DNA of 64,000 nt from Thecamonas trahens ATCC 50062 (lineage: Eukaryota; Protista; Apusomonadida). A program made the position numbers and the translations under genes. The stretch spans positions 130,735-194,734 of the forward strand of contig NW_013657619.1 in assembly GCF_000142905.1 (NCBI RefSeq), read 5' to 3'. The notes beneath the pieces are model-generated. The model worked only from the letters and a program-made list of their open reading frames with translations, was not told where the DNA came from and searched no databases. Below, one piece after another: positions 26,302 to 37,131 of the stretch (the first letter of the stretch is position 1; each line of letters begins with the position of its first letter).

Positions 26302-27576
26302 ATGGAAGTAGCACTTGCTCGAGAGGGCGAAGAGTATATGGTACTCAAGGTGCGGCATGAGAAAGAGTGTCGAGCACTTGCCATTAGCAGCAGAGGGATA
26401 GGCGTGCAAGAGCTGGTGGCCGTTCTCGAGGAGATGTTCCCCTCAACGGTCAAGGACGGCAAGTCATCATCACCATCATCATCATCATCATCACCATCAC
26501 CATCACCATCATCATCATCACCTTCATCATCATTATTGCCATCGTCGTTGTCAGGCTCATGGCTGGGTGTGGTGGATGGCGATCAAGTGGAAATCGATGA
26601 GGAGAGTTGGGAGTGTATCATGGCTCTGGCAGAGCCCTTGCAAACCATCGTCATCGAGTATCATCGTCCCAATCCGCCCGTTGTCCCGCCGCCTGCTCTC
26701 CCGCCAAATGCTGCTGCCGCTGCTGGTGGCCTTACTGGGCATGCGGCTGGCCCTGCTGCTTCCTTCTTCCGTCATCAGCATCATCATCAACATCATCAGC
26801 AGCAGCAGCACGGCACTCGCCACCATCAGCAACATCAAAGCGTCCGCCACTATCAGCAACATCCGTCGCATGCTGGCTCCGCGCACTTTGGCTCGGTCGC
26901 CCACTCGCAGCCGGTCGCAAGCTTTGGTGGAGGCTACGGGCATGGATCGGTGACTGCAGGAGGTGGCCATGCACAACAAGCTGGCGGCTTCGGCCAGCCA
27001 ACGCACCCGCATGTCGGGGCAGGGCATGGGCACGCGTCGGTTGCTGCTTATCCGGCGAGTGGCGCCGCCATGGGCACCTCGCGCGGCCATCCGCATCAAA
27101 GCTCGGCCCAGAGCAAGACGACCAAGCGGCTCTCGTATCCGTTGCAAGGATCAGTGCCGGCTGTGTCCATGCCGCTCTCGCCGGAGACCTGGCATGCGTC
27201 GTCGGGTCCGGTGTGGCCATCGGTTGGTGCGCCCTCGGTCCCGCCGCAGCCGTCCGGCAGCGACATCTCGTCGGCCACGCCCTCACACCCACTCGCCGGC
27301 TACCCGTGGTTCCATCCGTCGATCACCTCGCGCGCCGCCACCGAAGCCGCCCTCCTCCGCCACCCCGTTGGCACCTTCCTTGTCCGTGAGTCGTCGTCGG
27401 AGCCGGGCTCGTACGTCGTCGGCGTTGTAACGGCCCGGGGTGTTGTCCAGTACAAGCTTTCGTACGACCCAAGATCTGGCCACTTTGTCCAGGAAGGCAT
27501 CCCCGGCTCCTTCCCATCCATCCCAGATCTCATCAACGCCTACAAGGAGAGCCTCTGCATCCCGTACTGCCCGTGA
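26302..27576 (+). CDS. SH2-domain adaptor with N-terminal PB1-like domain and His/Gln/Pro-rich linker
   Basis: C-terminal WFHP...R..EAAL....GTFLVRESSS.PGSY is an SH2 signature. N-terminal LKVRH..ECR and DGDQVEIDEESW resemble the PB1 basic Lys and OPCA motif. Upstream exons in the gap cannot be excluded. Confidence 0.75.
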   Translation: MEVALAREGEEYMVLKVRHEKECRALAISSRGIGVQELVAVLEEMFPSTVKDGKSSSPSSSSSSPSPSPSSSSPSSSLLPSSLSGSWLGVVDGDQVEIDEESWECIMALAEPLQTIVIEYHRPNPPVVPPPALPPNAAAAAGGLTGHAAGPAASFFRHQHHHQHHQQQQHGTRHHQQHQSVRHYQQHPSHAGSAHFGSVAHSQPVASFGGGYGHGSVTAGGGHAQQAGGFGQPTHPHVGAGHGHASVAAYPASGAAMGTSRGHPHQSSAQSKTTKRLSYPLQGSVPAVSMPLSPETWHASSGPVWPSVGAPSVPPQPSGSDISSATPSHPLAGYPWFHPSITSRAATEAALLRHPVGTFLVRESSSEPGSYVVGVVTARGVVQYKLSYDPRSGHFVQEGIPGSFPSIPDLINAYKESLCIPYCP

Positions 27577-27841
27577 TGCACTGCCCTCGACCTTTTGTCC
27601 GCCGCATTGCAGGGCATCTACACTTCCTGCTGCTCATCGCACCCGAGGCTCCATCTCTCCCATCTAAAAAGAAAAGTGCCATCCTCAGCAGTTCCCATCA
27701 CCATCCCCATCGCCGACAATCAGGTCATGACGCGCCAGCCAAAGTGCCAAAGCGAGGCCATCCCACCACCCCTCCCCCCCCCCTCCCCTACCGCCACCTC
27801 TAACACACGGTAGACGTCAGACACTCGAGTCTAATTCAGCC

Positions 27842-30800
27842 ATGCTGGGGAGAGTGTGGACAACACTACACCAGCCGACGTGCGAGGCTGTAGCTGTTGC
27901 TCTGTCCACAAGAGCAGCTTGGACGTGGGCATGTCACTCGAGCAGCTATCGGCCAAGTAGTCGGCGAGTCGGACTTGGTGCACAAACGGCAGGGCCACTC
28001 GCGGCGGCCTTGGTGGCAGCACGGACGGCTGACTCGGGATGGGGGTCCTGCGGGAGAGCCACTGGTTTGCGATTTGCGGCATCGCATGCATTTTCGGATT
28101 CACTCAATTTGCCGGTCACTGATTTCCCCATGCGGGCCGATGCGGCGGTGCGCGAGAAGGAGAAGATGGAGACCACAACGACACAGCTGTACCAGTGGAG
28201 TCATGATCAGCGGACTGCTGGTGCCCGCCCGCCGTTTGTCCTTCACGATGGCCCGCCCTTTGCCAACGGCCGCCTTCACATGGGCCACGCCCTCAACAAG
28301 ATCCTCAAGGACGTCATCAATCGCCATGCCCTCCTCTCGGGCTCCGCCGTCCACTACGTCCCGGGCTGGGACACTCACGGCTTGCCCATCGAGCTGAAGG
28401 CGCTTGATGCTGCCCGCAAGGACTCGGCCAAGGCCATCAAGAAGATCAAGAAGGAGCTCAAGCGCGCCATCAAGGCGGAGGCTGGCGACGAGGTCGCTCG
28501 GCTGGAAGCCCAGCTTGCCGCCGCCCAAAGCGCCGCCGCCGGCCGCGAGCCAACCAAGATCCGCAAGCTCGCCGCAGAGTTTGCTGCCTCGGCCGCCACC
28601 GAGCAAAAGGACGCCCTGCTCCGCTGGGGTGTGATGGGCGATTATGACAACGCGTACTACACCATGGCGCCGGCCTACGAGGCTGCCCAGCTCGAGCTGT
28701 GGTCCTCGCTCTACCATCGCGGCCTGTTCTCGCGGCGGCTCAAGCCGGTCTACTGGTCGCCGTCGACCCAGACAGCGCTCGCCGAGGCCGAGCTCGAGTA
28801 CAAGCCGCACACTTCGACTGCCGTCCACGTCGCCTTTCGCGCCCGCGCGTCCGATCAGCTCCTCGCTGCGCTTGGCGTCGATCTTGCGCCGCGCCCCATC
28901 GACGCCGTCGCGTGGACCACCACCCCGTGGACCCTCGTCGCCAACCAGGGCCTCGCCTTTGGCCCTGCCCTTGATTACGCGCTTGTCGAGAGCGGCGCCG
29001 CCGCCGATGCGCCGCTCGTCCTGGTTGCCTCTGCACGTATCGGCGCTCTCGTCGACGCTGGCGTCCTGCCTTCGTCCCCGCGGGTGGTGGCGGATGGCCT
29101 CTCAGCCGAGGCTATAGCCGGCACCGTCTTTAGCAACCCGGTGGTGGCTGAGCGCGACTCGGTGGCGCTGATGGGTGACCACGTGACTGATGATGCCGGC
29201 ACCGGTGTTGTCCACACCGCGCCGGGCCACGGCGCCGAGGACTACACCGCCATGGCGCGGGCCGGCCTGCTCAACACCGACGATCCGCTCTTCTGTCCCG
29301 TCGACGGCGCCGGCAAGTACACAGATGCGCTGGCGAGCGTCGGCCTTGGTCAGCTGGTGGGCCAGCCGGTCCTCGACGCCGGGACCAAGTCTGTGGTGGA
29401 ACTGCTGCATGCAGCGGAGAACGCGCCGCTACTGGCAGCGGCACCGCTAGAGCACTCGTATCCGTACGACTGGCGAACGGCCAAGCCGATCATCTTCCGT
29501 GCCACCATGCAGTGGTTCATGGACCTGAGCGCAGTCAAGGGCGCGGCACTCAATGCGCTCGACGACGTGACAATGGTGCCGCCCGAGGGCGCAGCGCGGC
29601 TGGCCGGCATGATTGGGACCCGCGACGAGTGGTGCATCTCGCGGCAGCGGGTTTGGGGCGTGCCCATCCCGGTCTTCTACCACAGGGAGACCGGCGAGGT
29701 GTTGGCCACCCGCGAGAGCCTCAGCCACGTGGTCGAGCTTGTCGCCCGCCACGGCACCAACGCCTGGTTTGATCGCCCCGTCTCGGAGCTCCTCCCGGCG
29801 AGCCTGGCAGACGAGGCGCACAAGTATGTCAAGTCAGTCGACACCATGGACGTCTGGTTCGACTCGGGCTCGTCGTGGTACGCCGTCCTTGCCAAGAGCC
29901 TCGGCTCGCCGGTCCAGGCCGACGTCTACCTCGAGGGATCGGACCAGCATCGTGGCTGGTTCCAGTCCTCGCTCATCACCTCGAGCGCCCTGCAGGACCC
30001 GCCGCGAGCCCCGTACAAGACCCTCATCACCAACGGCTTTGTCCTCGACGGCGCCGGCAACAAGATGGCCAAGTCGCTGGGCAACGTCGTGGATCCGGAC
30101 CAGGTTGTCCACGGCGGCGCTAACGCCAAGAAGGAGCCGCCCTACGGCGCAGATGTCCTCCGCCTTTGGGTCGCTGCCCAGGAGTACACCCGCGATGTCC
30201 GGCTCGGCCCACAGGGCCTCTCCTCCGCCGCCGACACGTACCGAAAGCTGCGCAACACAGCCAAGTTTGTGCTCGGCAACATTGCCGACGCGCCCGCAGA
30301 GCTGCTGATGGCGGCGGGTGCACCGGCGGCGGCATCGCCGCTCGATCGTCTTGTCCTATCCTCGCTTCACGAGCTCAACACCAAGGTCCAGGCTGCGTAC
30401 TCGTCGTACGCCTTCCACGCCGGCCTCTTTGCCCTCCTCAACTACGTCAACACCTTCCTCTCGGCGTTTTACCTCGACTCGGCCAAGGACACGCTCTACG
30501 CCGAGGCCGCCGATGATTCGGCCCGACGCGCCGTCCAGTACGTCCTCTACCGAGCGCTCGACGTGGTGACCCGTGCGGCAGCACCCATCGCCCCGTTCCT
30601 CGCCGAGGAGGTGTGGGGCCACATGCCGCTCGACACCCGGCGTGACGACCACTTTTCGCTCTTCCAGTCGGGCTACGCAGAGACTGGCCCGCTGCGCGAT
30701 CCGGCGAGCGACGCGCTCCGCGACGCGCTCCTCGACCTCCGCGGCGAGGCCAACAAGGCGCTCGAGGGCCTGCGGCAGGCCAAGGCCATCGGCGGCTCCC

Positions 30801-31069
30801 TGGAGGCTCAGGTCGTGGTGGCTGCTGATGTGTTGCCGGAGTCCCTCGCGGCATGGCTCGCCACCCTCTCGCCCGGCGATCTCGCCAACGTCTTTGGCGT
30901 CTCTTCTGCGCAGCTTGAGTCGTCGGCGGCCACCGGCGGAGCAACCGTGTTGGCGGCGCCGGCGAGCGGCAGCAAGTGCGATCGGTGCTGGAAGGTAACG
31001 CCCGACGTGAGCGGCGGAGGCCTGTGCGGCCGATGCGCTGCGGTGGTGGGCGGAGAAGCGGCGATGTGA
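27842..31069 (+). CDS. IARS2: Mitochondrial (bacterial type 1) isoleucyl-tRNA synthetase
   Basis: HDGPPFANG.LHMGH, GWDTHGLPIE, WTTTPWTL, WCISRQR, EGSDQHRGWF, KMAKS and a C-terminal CDRC...CGRC zinc finger; presequence-like N-terminus. Confidence 0.95.
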   Translation: MLGRVWTTLHQPTCEAVAVALSTRAAWTWACHSSSYRPSSRRVGLGAQTAGPLAAALVAARTADSGWGSCGRATGLRFAASHAFSDSLNLPVTDFPMRADAAVREKEKMETTTTQLYQWSHDQRTAGARPPFVLHDGPPFANGRLHMGHALNKILKDVINRHALLSGSAVHYVPGWDTHGLPIELKALDAARKDSAKAIKKIKKELKRAIKAEAGDEVARLEAQLAAAQSAAAGREPTKIRKLAAEFAASAATEQKDALLRWGVMGDYDNAYYTMAPAYEAAQLELWSSLYHRGLFSRRLKPVYWSPSTQTALAEAELEYKPHTSTAVHVAFRARASDQLLAALGVDLAPRPIDAVAWTTTPWTLVANQGLAFGPALDYALVESGAAADAPLVLVASARIGALVDAGVLPSSPRVVADGLSAEAIAGTVFSNPVVAERDSVALMGDHVTDDAGTGVVHTAPGHGAEDYTAMARAGLLNTDDPLFCPVDGAGKYTDALASVGLGQLVGQPVLDAGTKSVVELLHAAENAPLLAAAPLEHSYPYDWRTAKPIIFRATMQWFMDLSAVKGAALNALDDVTMVPPEGAARLAGMIGTRDEWCISRQRVWGVPIPVFYHRETGEVLATRESLSHVVELVARHGTNAWFDRPVSELLPASLADEAHKYVKSVDTMDVWFDSGSSWYAVLAKSLGSPVQADVYLEGSDQHRGWFQSSLITSSALQDPPRAPYKTLITNGFVLDGAGNKMAKSLGNVVDPDQVVHGGANAKKEPPYGADVLRLWVAAQEYTRDVRLGPQGLSSAADTYRKLRNTAKFVLGNIADAPAELLMAAGAPAAASPLDRLVLSSLHELNTKVQAAYSSYAFHAGLFALLNYVNTFLSAFYLDSAKDTLYAEAADDSARRAVQYVLYRALDVVTRAAAPIAPFLAEEVWGHMPLDTRRDDHFSLFQSGYAETGPLRDPASDALRDALLDLRGEANKALEGLRQAKAIGGSLEAQVVVAADVLPESLAAWLATLSPGDLANVFGVSSAQLESSAATGGATVLAAPASGSKCDRCWKVTPDVSGGGLCGRCAAVVGGEAAM

Positions 31070-31105
31070 AAAAGAGAGTAAAGTCAGTTGCGCAAGCCGC
31101 GTGGT

Positions 31106-33855
31106 TCATTGCAGTGAGACGCCGTCGGCGAGGCGGGTGACGAGCAGCTCGATGTTGGTCCGGATGCCGTCGAGCGAGGTGAGCGGGGCGAGCGAGATGG
31201 TTCCCTGCTGGGCCTGCGCGAGCGATGAGGCGAGCGAGGTCGAGACAAAGTGGCGGAGGCCGGCGTCGAGCATCTCCTCCCACTCGATGTTGGACTCGAG
31301 GGCGGCGACGCCCTCGGTGGGCGGCGGGACGAGGAGCGAGACAAGGCGCTGGTGCTGGTCGGCCGGGAGGGAGCACGAGTAGCGGAGGAGGAGGATGAGG
31401 AGGCGCATGAGGGCGGCGACTGAGGCGGTGGCCAGCCGGAGCGCCCGGGCAAGGTTCTCGACCTGGCTCCCAGTCTCAAGAACCTGCTGGTAGGCAGCGT
31501 CAAAGAGAGTGTCGAGCGAGTTGAGCGGCTCCGGGTTGCGGGCAGTGAATCTTGTGAGGAGTCGCTTCTGGATGCCACGGAGCTGCTCCGACTGGGAGGC
31601 GAGCGAGGCGCGGAGGTCCTGCAGGGCCTTGCGGGTGGCAAAGCGGGTGTCGAGGGCCTTGAACAGCGGCGCAAGCGGCATCTTGCCCCTGTAGACCAAC
31701 TGCGGTGGGGCGGGTCCACCAAGCGCAGTGTGCAGGGCGTCCGGCAGCGATTCGAGAACCAGGCCCAGCAGCGGAGGTTGTTGGCCACAAGCCGGTACTT
31801 GCCCTCCTTGTTGGAGACCAAGATGGTGACAAACGACTCGTCGGCCGAGAGCGTCGACGCCGACGAGGCCCACAGCTGAAAGGTGAGAACACCGGCGGCT
31901 GGAGAGCCGTACTCGGGCATCTCCAGCTCGGCGAGCTCATAGAGGAGCGGGTAGAGGCGGCCGACGTCGAGCGGGTCGGCGTCGGGCGTTGCGAGCGTGT
32001 ACTTGTGCAGCGAGGCCTGGATGGGCGCGACAGCGCGGCCCAGGAGCGCCAACGGGAGCGCAAACGAGCTGACCGCCGACCGCGGCTCGGCCCGCTTGCC
32101 GACCACATACGAGATGGCGACCTGGACCCGCATGGACGACGGCAGCAGGCCGTGGTCGGCCTCCACCACCAGCGAGTAGGTGTAGGTCTCGCCCGGCGCG
32201 AGGACCGGAAGCGAAAACGCGGTGTGCGAGGCGCGGAACGGCGGCGGATACGTGAGCCGCACGTCGATGTCGCGGGCCTTTTTGCGGGCGTTGCGCGGCG
32301 TCAGCGTGAGCTCAACAACGGCCGACGACGAGCCCTCAGCCGACGCCGACGCGGGAAGGAGCTTGAAGGCTGCAGAGACAGCGATGGTGGGGAGCGCGGC
32401 CGTCGCCACCGGCTCGCTCCCGGTCGAGACACCGTCGGTGGCCGGCGCCGACGCCGCCAGTGCCACCGAGGCTTTGGAGACGGTCGCGTTGAGCTTGCGC
32501 ATCTCCCGCTCCATGGCGGCAAAGTCGGCGTCCTTGGGCAGCGACGCGCCTGGAATGACCGAGAGCGACGGGTCGGTGCCAAGGTACGAGAGAGTGAGCG
32601 CACCGTCGGCGGAGAGGGTGACAATAAGCCCGCGGAGGCCGCCAAAGGTGCCGACCGCCAGAGCCACCGCAGGCTCGAGCACCTTGGTCGCCCACACCAC
32701 CGACTCGCCCGAGAGCACAGTAAGCATGCCTGAAGCCGACGCAAGGAGCAGGTTGTGCTTCTCCGGACCAACTGGGTACGGATACATGCACAGCGGCTGG
32801 AGCGGGAGCCGCCGCTCCGATCGCAACTCGCCGCGCTCCGAGACACAGAACAGCGAGCTGACGCCGAGGACCAGCACATCTGACTGGGCCGCAGAGAGCG
32901 AGGGTGAAAAGCGAGCGAGTGCCAGCTGTACCGCAGGCTGGCCAAGGTTAAGGGTCCATGACGGGACGAGCCGCTTGCCGCGGGCGGCGTCGAGGTCGTC
33001 GCCGTCGTCGCCGCCACTGGCGCCATCACCGCCGCCGCCGGCGCTGGTGCCGTCGTCGCCGGCAGGCTTGCTCCCGGGCTGCTGCGAGGCTGACTTTGTG
33101 GCCAGTGAGGCGTAGGTGTAGGCTTCAAGCGAGAACTCGGACGTGCCGACAACAAGCGTGTCTGTCAGCGAGATGTACAACAGCGGGCCTGGGAGGAGGA
33201 AGCGCGGGAGAAAGGCGGCAAAGGCAAAGGCGTCCTGATCAAAGAACGCCAGCTGGCCATCGAGGGTGAGGACCACAATCGAATCCTTACCGCGAGCGCC
33301 ACCAAACGGACCGTAGGTCATGGCAGCAGCAGGACGACCCAGATCATGGGCGTAGACCTCGTCCAGAGAGTAGTAGGCATCGAGGTCTGATGATCCGTGA
33401 CGAGAGAGAGCGTAGATGACGAGCGACTTTGGATGAAGAACAGCAAGCACGAGAGCATGTGAGCCTCTCACAAACCTCCCAGCCTCGATAGCCAGCACCG
33501 GAGCGTGCAGGGCCTTCTCCAGCAGCAGATGTCCCGACGAGTACTCGCGCGACTTTGGCCCATACACCCGTAGCATGCCACTCAGTGATCCGGTGACCAC
33601 TTTGAGCGGAAAAGTCCCCATGCCACCACTGACCGAGCCCGTTCCAGCACCACCAGCACCACCTCCTCCTCCTCCTCCTCCTCCGCCAGTGACTCCTCCG
33701 CCTCCTCTGCCACCTTCGCCTGTGCTTTGCGGGTAGCCCTGTCCACCCTGGCCCTCGTTGAGTGCTGCCACGCAGAGGGCGTCAAAGCTGAACTCTTCCC
33801 CCTCGTGGGACGCCTGCTCCACACGCCACCACTCACGGGCTTGGAAGAGCGACAT
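31106..33855 (-). CDS. BBS9: BBSome subunit BBS9/PTHB1 (-1 frameshift near 31773)
   Basis: MSLFQAREWW start, LAVLHPKSL, GPFGGARGKD, FLLPGPL, SYLGTDP; C-terminal QLRGIQKRLLTRF..RNP.PL..LD.L lies in the second frame (31106-31873). Confidence 0.92.
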
Positions 33856-33910
33856 GGGAGTGGGGGTGGGGGTGGGGGGGTGGGGGGTGAGGTGCTTGGT
33901 GGTGGTGATC

Positions 33911-34414
33911 GTTGGGGGAATGGTGGCATTAATCGTTGGGGGAATGGTGGTATTAATCGTTGGGGGAATGGTGGCATTAATCGTTGGGGGAATGGTGGCA
34001 TTAATCGTTGGGGGAATGGTGGCATTAATCGTTGGGGGAATGGTGGCATTAATCGTTGGGGGAATGGTGGCATTAATCGTTGGGGGAATGGTGGCATTAA
34101 TCGTTGGGGGAATGGTGGCATTAATCGTTGGGGGAATGGTGGCATTAATCGTTGGGGGAATGGTGGCATTAATCGTTGGGGGAATGGTGGCATTAATCGT
34201 TAGGGGAATGGTGGCATTAATCGTTGGGGGAATGGTGGCATTAATCGTTGGGGGAATGGTGGCATTAATCGTTGGGGGAATGGTGGCATTAATCGTTGGG
34301 GGAATGGTGGCATTAATCGTTGGGGGAATGGTGGCATTAATCGTTGGGGGAATGGTGGCATTAATCGTTGGGGGAATGGTGGCATTAATCGTTGGGGGAA
34401 TGGTCGTGCTGATC
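33911..34414. repeat. 24-bp minisatellite GTTGGGGGAATGGTGGCATTAATC, ~21 copies
   Basis: Head-to-tail units from 33911 to 34391 with two point variants (33951, 34202), no spacers and a degenerate last copy. Confidence 0.97.
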
Positions 34415-34886
34415 GTTGGCGGAAAACGGTGCATAAAACGACAGATGAAGAGATAGTGGATGGACAGATATAATGGGTGAGTGTAAGAGTGGTCGATAGT
34501 ATCATTTAGAGCCAGCCATCCTCAAATCACAGACCCATCAGCTGATGGAGATCGGCAAAGCCGCTGGCGACTAATGCCATGATCCACTCGATCTCTTTTC
34601 TGCGCCCCGGACCCAAGATAAAATCGCCCCCCCACACGCAGCCGACACCTCGTTTCCGTCATCTCGTCCCCGCATCGCTTCTCATACTCGTCAAACATCC
34701 CATCTTTGTGGCTGATGTTCTCATCGCCCCACTTCTTCTCCCTACAGCGTCCCGAGACCAGCAGTCTGCGAGAAGGCAGGATCGCCTCTCATCTCACGCG
34801 ACAGCTGCCAGTTGAGTAGGGAGGCCGAGAGGGGGCAACTCTCTCTGGCTAGACAAGCGATTAACGACGAGTGAGAGGACGAGGTG

Positions 34887-36077
34887 ATGAGTGGTGGCTT
34901 GCGGAAGCTGCTTGGTAGGCGGTTCACGTCGTCGCTGCGTATCGGACTCGTTGGCCTGCCAAACGTGGGCAAGTCCGCTCTCTACAATCTGGTGACAGCC
35001 GAAGGCGCCGGAGTTGCCTCGGAGAACTATCCCTTCTGCACCATCGATCCGTCGACGGCAGCGGCAGTTGTGGGCGATGAGGTGCTGGATGGCTTGCAGA
35101 CGGTGGCGCCTGGGGCAAAGATGGTGCCTGCTCTGCTGAATGTTACCGATATCGCCGGTCTGGTTGCCGGCGCTGCCGAGGGTGAGGGCCTCGGCAACAA
35201 GTTCCTGGCCGAGATTCGCGAGGCCGACGCCATCGCCCACATCGTGCGCTGCTTTGACGATGGCAGGACGACGCATGTGGTCTCGGGCCTGGATCGTCCG
35301 TCGCCGGCCGACGATGTGGCCACCATCGAGACCGAGCTCGCGCTGGCCGACGTGGAGACGACCGGGCGGGCGCTGGCGAGGGCCAAGGGCAAGGGCGCGC
35401 TGGCGACCGGCGCGCGGGCGGTCGTCGGCGCTGTCCACGATCACTTGCAGGGCGGAGGCGGAATGGTAGCTAGCATGGGCGAGGGCCTCCGCAATCTGCT
35501 AGATGAGCACCCCGAGGGCGCGCAGGCGCTGCGGGCGCTGCAGCTGCTCACCGCGAAACCGGTTGTCTACGTCGCCAACGTCGGCGATGACTGGCTCACC
35601 GACGGCTCAGGCTCGGGCGCCATGCTTGCTGAACTGACGGCGGCAGTCGGTGGCGATAGCGCGGTGGTGCCAGTCCCGGTTGCTCTCGAGGCCGAGCTCG
35701 CCGATCTCGACGCGGCTGACGCGGACGAATACCTCGTCGAGCTCGGGCTGCCGGCGAGCGCGGCAAGTGCCGGCTCGCAGAAGCTCATCCACACCGCGTA
35801 CAGTGACTGTCTCGATCTTGGCTCGTTTTACACCTGTGGCGAGACCGAGGTCCGTGCGTGGACGATCCAGAAGGGCATGACGGCGCGCGAGGCGGCCAAG
35901 GTCATCCACGCCGACTTTTACGATGCTTTTGTCAAGATGGAAGCCGTCTCGGCGACAGCGCTGATTGAGTCCGGCGGGTGGAGCGCGGCACGCGGGCGCG
36001 GGCTGGTGCGGATCGAGGGCAAGGAGTATGTCATGGGCGATGACGACGTCGTCGTCTTTCACCACACCCGCAAGTGA
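34887..36077 (+). CDS. ychF: YchF/OLA1-family ATPase, probably mitochondrial (YLF2-like)
   Basis: GLVGLPNVGKS, NYPFCTIDP, DIAGLV.GA..GEGLGNKFL, LLTAKP and TGS motif EVRAWTI...EGKEY; LRKLLGRRFTSS leader. Confidence 0.92.
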   Translation: MSGGLRKLLGRRFTSSLRIGLVGLPNVGKSALYNLVTAEGAGVASENYPFCTIDPSTAAAVVGDEVLDGLQTVAPGAKMVPALLNVTDIAGLVAGAAEGEGLGNKFLAEIREADAIAHIVRCFDDGRTTHVVSGLDRPSPADDVATIETELALADVETTGRALARAKGKGALATGARAVVGAVHDHLQGGGGMVASMGEGLRNLLDEHPEGAQALRALQLLTAKPVVYVANVGDDWLTDGSGSGAMLAELTAAVGGDSAVVPVPVALEAELADLDAADADEYLVELGLPASAASAGSQKLIHTAYSDCLDLGSFYTCGETEVRAWTIQKGMTAREAAKVIHADFYDAFVKMEAVSATALIESGGWSAARGRGLVRIEGKEYVMGDDDVVVFHHTRK

Positions 36078-36084
36078 GCCGAGC

Positions 36085-36975
36085 TCAACGCGAAGCGATC
36101 TTGGCCTCGGCCGCGGCGAGCAGGCTGTCGAGGCGATCCTTGACCCCGCCAGCCTCGTAGTACTCGTGATCAAGGATGCGGAACCAGGCTGTGTCGCGCG
36201 AGCGGTCCTTGATGATAAAGTGGCAGTCCTGAACGCCTTCAGCAACAAAGCCGAGGCGACAGGCGGCGCGCTGTGAGCGGCGGTTGCGGGCATCGCACTT
36301 CCACTCGAAGCGGCGAAAGTGCCAAACCTCAAAGACAAGGTCCGCGAGGAGAACCATGAGCTCGGTGTTGACGATGCTCTTCTGCGCCAGTGGCGAGAGC
36401 CACAGCGAACCGATCTCGACCTTGAGATGGTCGGGCGCGCAGTTCATGAGGTTGACAATGCCAAGCGGCTCGCTCGAGGTCTTGTCCACCACGGCCCACG
36501 GCGTCCCGTTGGGCGCATCGACCTGTCGCTGCAGGTATCTGCCAAGATCGTCGGCACTCTCAAACGGCCCGCCAAACATGTACCGCCATACCACGGCCTC
36601 GGCATCGTACTCGGACACCGATCGCAGTTCTCCGGCGACCGAGCCGGTGCAGGCAGCGCCCGATGAGCGGAGATGGAGCAGATCAAGATGATGATCCGGC
36701 GAGTACGGGACAAGCTCTATGTGCTTGCCCGACAGAACAACAGCGTCAGGCTTGACTGCCCTTCGTCGAGCAGCCAGCACCTCGTCTGGGAGGCAGGCAG
36801 GCGGAGGCAGGTTGGCCTCTGGCCCGCTCGGCACCGATGACGACGACGGCGATGACGACAACAATGACGATGACGATGATGCCAAGAGTGCCCGTGCTCC
36901 GAGGAGAGCAGCCACAGCGCCAAGAGTGGCAGCCGAACCGAGTGCAAGGCCAGAGACAAACGGCGAGTTGTTCAT
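36085..36975 (-). CDS. RimJ/RimL-type GNAT acetyltransferase with N-terminal membrane anchor
   Basis: VEIGSLW, RRFEWKCD..N..S..AA.RLGF..EG and RSRDTAWF.ILD.E motifs. Confidence 0.88.
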   Translation of the reverse strand: MNNSPFVSGLALGSAATLGAVAALLGARALLASSSSSLLSSSPSSSSVPSGPEANLPPPACLPDEVLAARRRAVKPDAVVLSGKHIELVPYSPDHHLDLLHLRSSGAACTGSVAGELRSVSEYDAEAVVWRYMFGGPFESADDLGRYLQRQVDAPNGTPWAVVDKTSSEPLGIVNLMNCAPDHLKVEIGSLWLSPLAQKSIVNTELMVLLADLVFEVWHFRRFEWKCDARNRRSQRAACRLGFVAEGVQDCHFIIKDRSRDTAWFRILDHEYYEAGGVKDRLDSLLAAAEAKIASR

Positions 36976-37131
36976 GATGGAAAAGAGGGTGAGGTGAGGG
37001 CATGAGCACAGGTAGGGGGTCCGGGTCGGTCACGAGGTGATTGGCAGGTTGGGCACGGACCCGGCACAGCTCGCTGGCCAAGCCACGCCCAGCCCAGGGA
37101 CACACATAGTGGTATTGCTCCATCACGAGCA

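Noticed and set aside
33911-34414. CRISPR-like array
   Set aside because: Units are contiguous with no unique spacers, there are no cas genes and the context is eukaryotic.
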